From Lachnospiraceae bacterium (lineage in GTDB: Bacteria; Bacillota; Clostridia; Lachnospirales; Lachnospiraceae): a stretch of DNA of 64,000 nucleotides. The notes under the pieces were generated by a model. That model ran no database searches. It worked only from the letters and a program-made list of their open reading frames with translations, and had not been told where the DNA came from. The position numbers were made by a program, and so were the translations under genes. Every line of letters starts with the position of its first letter. Within the stretch, counting starts at the first letter, position 1. Shown here one piece after another: positions 36,253-44,406 of the stretch. The DNA is taken from NCBI GenBank assembly GCA_017518735.1, contig JAFWTY010000033.1, positions 35,165 to 99,164 of the forward strand, given 5' to 3'.

Positions 36253-37635
36253 TTATTCCCCGTCTTCACGGGAATCTTCCTTCAGTGCGGTTAACTGTCC
36301 CGCCGCAACACCTTCCGTTGCATCCGGCATAAACAATACCTTCAGCGTAAGAAGCATCAGTCGTAAATCAAGCCATGTGGAATAGTTCTCGATGTAGATC
36401 AAATCCAGTTTCAGTTTGTCGTAAGGTGTCGTATTGTACTTTCCGTAAACCTGCGCATAACCCGCAAGACCGGCTTTAACCTTTGTACGGAATCTGAATT
36501 CCGGCATATCCTTAACGTACTCTTTGATAATCTCCGGTCTTTCCGGTCTCGGTCCGACAAACGACATATCGCCGGCGAGTATGTTGAAAAGCTGCGGCAA
36601 TTCGTCAATTCGTACTTTTCGGATAAACCGTCCGACAGGTGTAATACGCGGGTCCTTTTTGGAAGCAAGTCTTGCCTGCCCGTCCTTTTCGGCATCCACA
36701 CGCATCGACCGGAATTTGATGATACGGAAAATCTTTCCGCCGATTGTAACTCGTTTCTGCTTGTAGAAAACAGGGCCTCCATCGGTAGCCTTAATCACAA
36801 TGGCAGTAATAGCCATAATGGGTGACGTGAGTATTACCAGAATAAGAGCACAGATTAAGTCAATCAGCCTTTTAATCACTCTCTGTTCAAAACTGAGCGG
36901 AAATTCTCTTGTTAACATGACGGGGGTATCAAAGAAATGCAGTACCTCCGCACCCTGAACAATAACATCCGAAATCTTTGGCATCATGTATACGCGAATC
37001 GATTTGCTGTAGCAGAACTTCAGAAGATCGTTTCTGGACTTTTGCGGAATGTCCCAGATAACAAGTCCCTGATAACGTTTCATGATTTCTTTCTTGATGG
37101 CTTCTTCTCCTTCGGAGATGCACATCTTTTTGGAAATCATAAACCTGTCTTTTCTGGAGTTGAATTTCTTCACAATGTCATCAATCGGGCGATCTCCGTA
37201 AACCATCAAAAGATCTCTCGGTGCAAATACCGTCCGGTAGATGAAGTTTGCAAAGAACGACCAGAACAGAGCAAATCCAAGCTGCATCAATGTCAGCAAC
37301 AGGATGTATTTGGATTTGACCAAGCCTCCGTTCATCAATGAAAGTTGAGCAAATGCGATGACATTCGTTACAAGGATGGATATTGCCTGGGATAGGAAAA
37401 TCTCAAAACTTCGAAGATATCCGATCTTTCCCGCACCGTATGCCAAAAAGAACATCAAGAGAATAACGGCATAGATGGCAATTACAAGGGCATCACCCTT
37501 TTGCCAGAACTGGACTGTAATAAACGGTTTGTATTTTTTCAACCAGAAAAGCGCATAACCCACAACCAAAACGGCAAATTCGATGGCAATTAACTGCAAA
37601 ACAATAATGCGCTTTACGGCATCTGCTTTTCTCAT
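36253..37635 (-). CDS. polyprenyl-phosphate hexose-1-phosphate transferase (WbaP/CpsE-type initiating enzyme)
   Basis: KRLIDLICALILVILTSPIM...DGGPVFYKQKRV...KFRSM...DELPQLFNILAGDMSFVGPRPERPE. N-terminal 4-5 TM segments plus a cytoplasmic domain. Confidence 0.9.
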   Translation of the reverse strand: MRKADAVKRIIVLQLIAIEFAVLVVGYALFWLKKYKPFITVQFWQKGDALVIAIYAVILLMFFLAYGAGKIGYLRSFEIFLSQAISILVTNVIAFAQLSLMNGGLVKSKYILLLTLMQLGFALFWSFFANFIYRTVFAPRDLLMVYGDRPIDDIVKKFNSRKDRFMISKKMCISEGEEAIKKEIMKRYQGLVIWDIPQKSRNDLLKFCYSKSIRVYMMPKISDVIVQGAEVLHFFDTPVMLTREFPLSFEQRVIKRLIDLICALILVILTSPIMAITAIVIKATDGGPVFYKQKRVTIGGKIFRIIKFRSMRVDAEKDGQARLASKKDPRITPVGRFIRKVRIDELPQLFNILAGDMSFVGPRPERPEIIKEYVKDMPEFRFRTKVKAGLAGYAQVYGKYNTTPYDKLKLDLIYIENYSTWLDLRLMLLTLKVLFMPDATEGVAAGQLTALKEDSREDGE

Positions 37636-37676
37636 AAAAAAGCTCCCCTATGGTAATTTATAAAATGCACTGTCCC

Positions 37677-37692
37677 GCCCTCTTCCGAGGGC
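37677..37692 (-). promoter_or_regulatory. 5' leader stem-loop GCCCUC-GGAA-GAGGGC (GNRA tetraloop) in the glycan operon leader
   Basis: Perfect 6-bp GC-rich stem, about 10 nt downstream of the predicted TSS. No U-tract follows, so it is not a terminator. Confidence 0.4.
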
Positions 37693-37709
37693 AAAGCATA
37701 GTTCATTTT

Positions 37710-37738
37710 ATTGTACCATACGAGAGCTTTTTTCGCAA
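37710..37738 (-). promoter_or_regulatory. sigma-A promoter for the 37635..8703 glycan super-operon
   Basis: Minus strand reads TTGCGA (37733-37738), 17 nt, TGgTACAAT (37710-37715 plus the TG). This is the only sizeable intergenic gap (154 bp) in 29 kb. Confidence 0.55.
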
Positions 37739-37789
37739 GGAAACAAGGCATATTCACGCCTTTTCCTTACGTCTTTTTTCACTCTTTTT

Positions 37790-38542
37790 TCAAATGCGTC
37801 TGGAGACTGCTCGAAACGCCCAGTTTACGAAGTACCAGGCGCTCTTAAAAACATTCAGTTTTTCCCATTTTCGATACAAAAACCAGATCCTGCGAAGTGC
37901 TTCGACTTTGTTGGAGGATAAGGACTGGGAAGGTCTGCGGTAAATTACCAGATTCTCATTGAGACCATATGCCGTATTCCCCTCCCTCAGGATTTTCCAC
38001 CAAAGAGCCGTGTCCTCGCTCTTGATTTGCGGCATTTTCAGTTTTTCTTTCGGAATAACCTCTGTATCGAATAAAACGGTTGATGTAAAAATCGTTGTAT
38101 TTTTCAAAGCCTGCTTGTAAGTTAAGGTTTCCGGGACGCGGACCACCTTTCCGGTAGGTTTTGCATCCTCATCCCCGAATTCATAGCCCGTAAAGACAAA
38201 AGCCGCGCCCTTTTCCTTCATGAACCGGACTTCTTTTTCCAGTTTTGAAGAGTCCCAGAGGTCATCTGCATCCAAAAAGGCCAGATACCTTCCGGTCGCT
38301 TCCTTCACCCCTTCATTACGTGCTTTGGCCGCACCTACATTATCTCCCAGAAACAGAACACGGATTCGTTCATCCCTGCTTTCAATCTCTTTTAATTTTT
38401 CAGCCGTTTGATCCGTCGACCCGTTTTCCGCCAAAATCAGTTCCCACTCCGAATACGTTTGGGTAAGAACACTTTGTACGGTTTGTTCGATATATTTTTC
38501 GGCATTGTAAACCGGTACGACAATGCTTACTTTCTCGTTCAT
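37790..38542 (-). CDS. GT2 glycosyltransferase (TuaG-like)
   Basis: VSIVVPVYNAEKYIEQTVQSVLTQTY, AENGSTDQT, LDADDLW. Confidence 0.8.
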   Translation of the reverse strand: MNEKVSIVVPVYNAEKYIEQTVQSVLTQTYSEWELILAENGSTDQTAEKLKEIESRDERIRVLFLGDNVGAAKARNEGVKEATGRYLAFLDADDLWDSSKLEKEVRFMKEKGAAFVFTGYEFGDEDAKPTGKVVRVPETLTYKQALKNTTIFTSTVLFDTEVIPKEKLKMPQIKSEDTALWWKILREGNTAYGLNENLVIYRRPSQSLSSNKVEALRRIWFLYRKWEKLNVFKSAWYFVNWAFRAVSRRI

Positions 38543-40122
38543 TTCTGCCCTTTCTTGTAAATAATATAGGAATCTGTTTCGTAAATCACGATATAATTTT
38601 TATCAAGAACATCTTTGTTTTCTGAATAAATCGACTCGTATGACTTTTCAATCCATTCCGGATTCTTCTTTTCGTCGGGAGTTTTTGAAAAGAGTAAATA
38701 TCCCGGTTTTTCATCAAACAATCCGTCTTCCAGGACATAATTTTGTGCCAGACCCGTCGGTACGGCACAGATTACTTTCGGTTCCATGGTGTACATTAAG
38801 ACCGTATTGTCCCACAGATCTTTCTTCGGATCGGCCACCATTATTTCATTTAATTCCAGTTTTAGCTCGTTCCAGTCGTCCTTTTCCTTCATCGCGGTAT
38901 ATCTGTTTTCCGTAAAGGTTTTCAGCTGCGGATGCATCAAAAATACCCCGGCGAGGCTGAAAAGCAGGAAGAATCGGACAATATACTCTCTTTCGCACAT
39001 AGCAATCAAATACAGCGAAAAAATGACCACAATCTGCGTTCCACGATAGAACGTGTCCGGCACAATCGTATAAAGCGTCAGATACATCAAATAAAACAAC
39101 GCAACGGAATGTGCCACGATTCTGCCGATTTTAGGATCGGTTTTCTTGTCGGTAATCATTTTTTCACGGAATGCCATGAACAGGCCGACTACGATAATGG
39201 AAAATGCCAGAATGACACTGTATGGATAAAGCGGTGAAATCTGGAAATAGTTTTTAAGGTACCAGATTCCTCCGATTCCTTCCTTCATCATGGAAAAGAA
39301 ATTCTTGATTGCTCCCAGAATATCCCCGGAGGATAATGCAGTGAGCAAACCTTCCGTTTTTCCGATGTTGTAATTACTGGAAATCAAGTGTAGGAAATAA
39401 TAGCTTCCGCCGGTCACGACCAAAGTCACGGGAAGAGAAACCAGAAAACGAAGCGGCCATTTTTTGTTCTTCATCAGTCCGGAAATATATAACGGAATCG
39501 CAAAGGCAAAGAAAATATAGACCTGTACGGAATACAGCAAAAACAAAGGAATCAGGATGTATTTGATCCAGACTTTTCCCTTTTTGAAATAGATATAATA
39601 AATCATTCCGGCAAGCACGATTGCAACCGCGTAACGGAACAGTTCAGACATGTTGGTTGTCAGGTATAAAAGAATCGGTACGGAAAATGCTTCCATTCCC
39701 GCCAGACCGATACACTCTTCTTTGGAGGGCTTTGCCAGAAAATAGAAAGCAACGTTAGCCAGCAAAAGATAAATCAGATTAATAAAAAACACAAAAGATC
39801 GTCCCACCGGAAAAATCTTTGCAAAGATAGCATATGGCATTATGATGGCAGGACTCCAGGCAGGACCGGATCCGAGAATGGCATGTTCCGCATTGAAACC
39901 CCAGTACCCAAGCGGCGAAGCCGATTTGGCGTAGGTTTCAATAAGTTTCAGATACACCGCCTCATCGTTCCATATGATTCCCGGGAATGGATCCGCTTTC
40001 TTGAAAACCACCTGAAAAAGAGTAAAAAACGTAGCAATAATAAGCGGCATAAGAATCATCAGTGCAATCCAAATCCCACTCCTGCTACGTTCGATTAGTT
40101 TTCTTATTCTTCCTTTTGTCAT
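38539..40122 (-). CDS. large polytopic membrane protein (GT-C-like candidate)
   Basis: 527 aa. IIWNDEAVYLKL (DE motif) immediately after TM1. C-terminal soluble domain of about 130 aa. ATGA coupling at both ends. Confidence 0.6.
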   Translation of the reverse strand: MTKGRIRKLIERSRSGIWIALMILMPLIIATFFTLFQVVFKKADPFPGIIWNDEAVYLKLIETYAKSASPLGYWGFNAEHAILGSGPAWSPAIIMPYAIFAKIFPVGRSFVFFINLIYLLLANVAFYFLAKPSKEECIGLAGMEAFSVPILLYLTTNMSELFRYAVAIVLAGMIYYIYFKKGKVWIKYILIPLFLLYSVQVYIFFAFAIPLYISGLMKNKKWPLRFLVSLPVTLVVTGGSYYFLHLISSNYNIGKTEGLLTALSSGDILGAIKNFFSMMKEGIGGIWYLKNYFQISPLYPYSVILAFSIIVVGLFMAFREKMITDKKTDPKIGRIVAHSVALFYLMYLTLYTIVPDTFYRGTQIVVIFSLYLIAMCEREYIVRFFLLFSLAGVFLMHPQLKTFTENRYTAMKEKDDWNELKLELNEIMVADPKKDLWDNTVLMYTMEPKVICAVPTGLAQNYVLEDGLFDEKPGYLLFSKTPDEKKNPEWIEKSYESIYSENKDVLDKNYIVIYETDSYIIYKKGQK

Positions 40123-40589
40123 TTAATAACTACCAGACAGTATAAAAGAGCAAATGCGATACCAATTGTCGCTCCTACCCAAACCTGAATCGGAGTATGA
40201 CCGATATGCTCTCTCAGTCTCTTTCTCTCTGTCAGTTTATTACCTGATATTTCAAAATCTTCTATCATTTCGTTTAAAACTGCCGACTGCGTTCCGGTTT
40301 CTCTTCGAACGCCAACCGCATCATACATGACTACCACAGCCATAACACAGGCAAGCGCCGTAATAGGGGATTTAATGCCCTCATTGATCAAAAGCGAGGT
40401 CACAAGTCCACACATTGATGCCGAGTGACAGGATGGCATTCCGCCACTTCCGATAAGCCTCTCCGGCACAAATTTCTTTGTGGCAAAAAGATGAATAATC
40501 GTTTTTACAATCTGCGCCAAAACCCAGCTGCCGATTGCACTTACCAACACTTCGTTGGTAATCATGTCCTTTAAAAACTGTAATAACAT
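40119..40589 (-). CDS. divergent PAP2 (DUF212) family membrane phosphatase-like protein
   Basis: GSGGMPSCHSA and YDAVGVRRETG motifs. 156 aa with 3-4 TM segments. Confidence 0.75.
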   Translation of the reverse strand: MLLQFLKDMITNEVLVSAIGSWVLAQIVKTIIHLFATKKFVPERLIGSGGMPSCHSASMCGLVTSLLINEGIKSPITALACVMAVVVMYDAVGVRRETGTQSAVLNEMIEDFEISGNKLTERKRLREHIGHTPIQVWVGATIGIAFALLYCLVVIK

Positions 40590-40618
40590 TACTACTTCCT
40601 CTGTATTTCTTTTCCCTT

Positions 40619-41704
40619 TCAGGGAGTTTCATAATTCACATTCAAATCCACGTTTCCGCTGATTCCGGGCACTCTTCCCGTATTGGAATACTGCCACATC
40701 GTAGGCTGATACGGATAGTACAGACTGTCGGAATAATAAGCAAACCAGATAGGATAGTCCGAAATCTCTTTGAAGTTAAGCATATGGAAGAGAGAATATG
40801 CATTTCCGTAAATCATCGGTTCATATCCTGCTTCCTTTACCTTGTCACAAAAACGCTTTACCAGCGCCGATCTTTCCTCTGCGGAAAGAGTATTTCCCCT
40901 CGCCGTGGAATCATCCAGTTTTTCCACATCAATGGCGATCGGTCCTTTGATTCCGTAAGGCTCAACCAAATCCAGAATGGTCTGGACTTCTTCGTCCACT
41001 TCCGCTTCAGTTATCGCCTGTGAAAAGAAATATACACCCGCCTCAATATTGTTTGCAGTTGCACCCTCCAAATTTGCCTTTGCAAAATCGTCTTCCACCA
41101 TTTTACCGCTGCCGTATCCGCGATAACCGGCACGGATCATAGCTCTTTTTACACCGGCGCCTGCAACCTTGGGCCAGTCAATCGCACCCTGGTGTGCCGA
41201 AATATCGATGCATAAAGAGGTCATTCTCGTTCCGTTTTCTTCATAGAACCGGAATCCGTTTTCATCCGTCACATAGTTTTCTCTTTTGTAGGAGTTTGCC
41301 GGAACACCCTCGTCGATGTTCTCAAAATAAAACCTTCCGTCTCCGGCAAAAACGATGCACTCAGGAAACATTTTTCGAAGAATGGTTGCCAGAGAAGGGC
41401 TGTTATGTTCCGCCTCTTCGCGAAGGAGTTCTTTAATCTCCATCTCCTTTTGCGCCTGACCTTCACTCATCGCCTCCGCTTTCATGGATTCGACTTCTTC
41501 TTCGCTGTATGTATAAATAACCGGTTCCTCGGATGAAAGCTGAATCACCAAATCCGAAGGATCCTCTTTTTCTTCCTTCTTGTCAGAGAAAAACACCCAA
41601 AGTCCCATCATCACACACAAAAAAATTGCCGACAACGTACAGGCCGACAAGATAACCGTAACCGGCAAAAGCGGATTTTTCTTTTTCTTTGGTGCCTCAC
41701 TCAT
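40619..41704 (-). CDS. membrane-anchored GH25 muramidase
   Basis: N-terminal KKKK-TM anchor. CIDISAHQGAIDW...MIRAGYRGYG...VYFFSQA...DLNVNY. Confidence 0.85.
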   Translation of the reverse strand: MSEAPKKKKNPLLPVTVILSACTLSAIFLCVMMGLWVFFSDKKEEKEDPSDLVIQLSSEEPVIYTYSEEEVESMKAEAMSEGQAQKEMEIKELLREEAEHNSPSLATILRKMFPECIVFAGDGRFYFENIDEGVPANSYKRENYVTDENGFRFYEENGTRMTSLCIDISAHQGAIDWPKVAGAGVKRAMIRAGYRGYGSGKMVEDDFAKANLEGATANNIEAGVYFFSQAITEAEVDEEVQTILDLVEPYGIKGPIAIDVEKLDDSTARGNTLSAEERSALVKRFCDKVKEAGYEPMIYGNAYSLFHMLNFKEISDYPIWFAYYSDSLYYPYQPTMWQYSNTGRVPGISGNVDLNVNYETP

Positions 41705-41724
41705 ACTTTATTCTCCATCTAATC

Positions 41725-42279
41725 TTAATAATTCACGCGATATTCCACTTTCCCGATTCTGACAATATCATTGTCGGAAAGTTTCGTTTTTTCCGTAATC
41801 TTGGTTCCGTTCACCTTGGTTCCGTTGGAAGATTCAAGGTCTGTTACAAACAGTACGCCCTCTTCGAACTCAAACTTGCAATGAGTACCGGAAACATAAC
41901 CGTCATCAGGGATACAAAGATCCATCTGCGGACGTCTGCCTGCAAGATACTCTGTTTTTCCTTCTGCATAGAATGCTCTCTCCGGATGCGCAATGTCGGT
42001 AAGAACGAGTTCGAATCCTTCTTTTTTCTCGCTCTTTTTGAATACTGAAAACGGCTTGGCTGCCGGCTTTGCAGCTGTTTTTGCAGTCTTTTCTTCTGTC
42101 GCCGGCTCAGTGTTTTTGTTTAAATCAATTGCTTTGCTTTTCGACGCTGCAACTTTATTACGAATAATCGTATAAATAAAAATACCCAGATTTAAAACAA
42201 TAAAAAACAATACCAGGAAGGCAATCAACGTCAGCGTTTTTGCCGCTTCTTCATTTGTGATAAGTAAAAGAGTATTCAT
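41725..42279 (-). CDS. membrane-anchored FHA domain protein
   Basis: N-terminal TM followed by basic residues, which places the C-terminus in the cytoplasm. GRRPQMDLCIPDDGYVSGTHCKF...DLESSNGTKVNG is a canonical FHA signature. Confidence 0.8.
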   Translation of the reverse strand: MNTLLLITNEEAAKTLTLIAFLVLFFIVLNLGIFIYTIIRNKVAASKSKAIDLNKNTEPATEEKTAKTAAKPAAKPFSVFKKSEKKEGFELVLTDIAHPERAFYAEGKTEYLAGRRPQMDLCIPDDGYVSGTHCKFEFEEGVLFVTDLESSNGTKVNGTKITEKTKLSDNDIVRIGKVEYRVNY

Positions 42280-42291
42280 AATTCTCCCCCG

Positions 42292-43128
42292 TTATTTTTC
42301 CTCTTTCTCTTTCAGTTCCTCTACCAGTTCTTTTGCTTCGGTCCTGGTCGGATGAAGAATTACCAATTCTTCGGCAATGGACAATGCCATCTCATATTCT
42401 TTTTTCTGTTTCAGTGTATCAATATTCTTCAACTGAAGATTGTAATACTCGTCCAAAAACTGTTCTCTCTTCTGTGGAACAAAGAGGTCGCCCGGATGTT
42501 CATCAATGTAGTGATCCATGTAGCGAATTGCATCGAGGTAAGTGTGAATATCCCTTTTCACATCTATCATGGCTGCAGCTTCCTCAATAACGATTCTGGC
42601 GCGATTGTCCTGAAGCTCCTTGCACTCTTTGATCGCATTCTGTGCCGCTTCATATTTCGTATAGTTTTCACTTACTGACTCGTACAACAGAATAGCGGTC
42701 TCGTATTCTTCCATAGCCTTTGCTTCTTCCGCCGCCTCAAAAGCAGTCTCGGAGTCATGCCACTCTTCCATTTTGGCGATATTGGCATCAATCTGATTAT
42801 CGTTTTCAAGAACGCTTTCTTTCAGAGCATAAACTTCCGTGGAAGCTTTCTCATATGTGGCCTTTCCTTCCAGATAGTCGGAAATGGAAATCTTGACATA
42901 TTTTGCTGCCATTTTCTCGGCTTCGGGGCGTTTAATTGAATAAGATCCGGTCATGTTCTTATAATTCTCGCATGCCTTCTTAACATTTCCCGCATTCAAA
43001 GCATCTTCAAATTTGCTGAACGGACTTCTAAGTTTCGCAACATTTGCCCACAGAACAATGTCCACAATGATAAGGACTATCATTCCGATCAAGATAAACC
43101 GTTGTGTGTTTGACAGTTTACGCCACAT
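42292..43128 (-). CDS. membrane-anchored helical-repeat (TPR-like) protein of unknown function
   Basis: N-terminal TM, then about 240 aa of predicted helices rich in E, K, A and Y. No motif I recognise. Confidence 0.5.
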   Translation of the reverse strand: MWRKLSNTQRFILIGMIVLIIVDIVLWANVAKLRSPFSKFEDALNAGNVKKACENYKNMTGSYSIKRPEAEKMAAKYVKISISDYLEGKATYEKASTEVYALKESVLENDNQIDANIAKMEEWHDSETAFEAAEEAKAMEEYETAILLYESVSENYTKYEAAQNAIKECKELQDNRARIVIEEAAAMIDVKRDIHTYLDAIRYMDHYIDEHPGDLFVPQKREQFLDEYYNLQLKNIDTLKQKKEYEMALSIAEELVILHPTRTEAKELVEELKEKEEK

Positions 43129-43132
43129 ATTC

Positions 43133-44074
43133 TCACTCCCCGATTTCCAATAAGTATCTTCTCAATGCATCCTTCCAGTCCGGAAGGGGCTCAAATCCTT
43201 CTCTGATTAACTTCGATTTGTCCAGTCTGGAGTTGAAAGGTCTTGCCGCCTTAGAAATTCCGTACTCCGCTGTTGTAACCGCCTCTACCTCAGGCTTCTC
43301 CTGCGTAATGCCAAAAGTTCCCGCAAGGCTGGCCTGGCGGAAAATCTCTTTTGCGAATTCATACCAGCTAATATATCCGCCTTCGTTTGTTGCATGATAC
43401 GTTCCGTATTTTTCGGTCTGAATCATGTCTACCAAAAGTCTGGCCAAATCATAGGTATAGGTCGGAGTTCCGACCTGATCGCATACCACTTTAAGTTTAT
43501 CATGGCTCTTGCCAACGTTCAACATTGTCTTAATGAAATTCTTGCCGTTTTTACCAAAAACCCAGGCAATTCTGACGATGAAATAGCGATCCAGAAGGGC
43601 ACGAACCACCTTTTCGCCTTCGAGTTTGCTTGCTCCATACACATTTAGCGGGGCAAAATCCTCACAGTCGGCATCCCAGGGTGTTTCTCCCTGTCCGTCA
43701 AATACGTAATCCGTGCTGATGTACATCATCTTTGCGCCGGTTTCTTTTGCCGCTTTTGCAATGTTTTCCGTTCCGTTTTTGTTAATCGCAAAAACCTTAT
43801 CCCTTTTATCTTCGTCTTCTGCCAAATCCACGGCCGTCCAAGCTGCGCAATGAATGACTGCATCCGGCTTTAGATTTTCCATCAGCGCAGCCACTTTGGC
43901 ATAATCCGTAATGTCGCAGGATTCATAAGGCATACCGCAAACAGCGGATCCGTCCGCAATTCCGGCATACGCATCCGCCAAGTCACTACCGATTCCTTCT
44001 ATTCCTCTTTTGGCCAGTTCATTCATCACGTCATGGCCAAGTTGTCCCGCAACCCCCGTAACAAGTACTTTCAT
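43133..44074 (-). CDS. rfbD: dTDP-4-dehydrorhamnose reductase
   Basis: MKVLVTGVAGQLG Rossmann start, STDYVFDG, YGASKLEGE (YxxxK). No rmlA, rmlB or rmlC in the window. Confidence 0.8.
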   Translation of the reverse strand: MKVLVTGVAGQLGHDVMNELAKRGIEGIGSDLADAYAGIADGSAVCGMPYESCDITDYAKVAALMENLKPDAVIHCAAWTAVDLAEDEDKRDKVFAINKNGTENIAKAAKETGAKMMYISTDYVFDGQGETPWDADCEDFAPLNVYGASKLEGEKVVRALLDRYFIVRIAWVFGKNGKNFIKTMLNVGKSHDKLKVVCDQVGTPTYTYDLARLLVDMIQTEKYGTYHATNEGGYISWYEFAKEIFRQASLAGTFGITQEKPEVEAVTTAEYGISKAARPFNSRLDKSKLIREGFEPLPDWKDALRRYLLEIGE

Positions 44075-44203
44075 CTTATTCTCCTAAAACATTTCCGATA
44101 ATAGTTAATTTTATCATTTTTGTGCTCCAAATACCACATTTTTCTCGTTTTCTTTTGTTTCCTTCGCGTGTCGATTTCCCTCATTTACTTGAATCGGGGC
44201 CAT

Positions 44204-44232
44204 ATTCTTCGTATAATGATTGTGTATGTCAA
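44204..44232 (-). promoter_or_regulatory. candidate promoter for the rfbD..37790 operon
   Basis: Minus strand reads TTGACA (44227-44232), 17 nt, AAGAAT (44204-44209). It lies immediately downstream of the terminator at 44261..44297. Confidence 0.3.
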
Positions 44233-44260
44233 TTTTTAGGTAAGGAAAACCATTTGCAAT

Positions 44261-44297
44261 AAAAAAAAACAAGCTATCCCTTTATCGGAATAGCTTT
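44261..44297 (-). terminator. Rho-independent terminator after the 44407..46290 gene
   Basis: Minus strand reads AAGCTATTCC-GATAAA-GGGATAGCTT followed by GTTTTTTTTT. Confidence 0.85.
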
Positions 44298-44406
44298 CCT
44301 GCTTGAAATCGGCGTTTTATGTCTTTCCGTTTTTGTTCGGGAGAACGAGTTTGTCCAGTCGTATCTTCTGTATCTGGCAGACGGAATCATCGCCTTCAAT
44401 ATCGTT

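Noticed and set aside
37677-37692. GC-rich hairpin in the 37636..37789 gap as the terminator of the upstream GT2 gene.
   Set aside because: It lies downstream of the predicted -10 box of the next promoter and is followed by GGGACAGUGC rather than a U-tract. I treat it as a leader element instead.
44212-44217. A perfect TATAAT on the plus strand in the 44075..44406 intergenic region, plus small ORFs 44303..44515(+) and 44274..44504(-).
   Set aside because: There is no matching -35 box, no SD, and no plausible plus-strand gene downstream. The small ORFs overlap the 3' end and terminator of the 44407..46290 gene.
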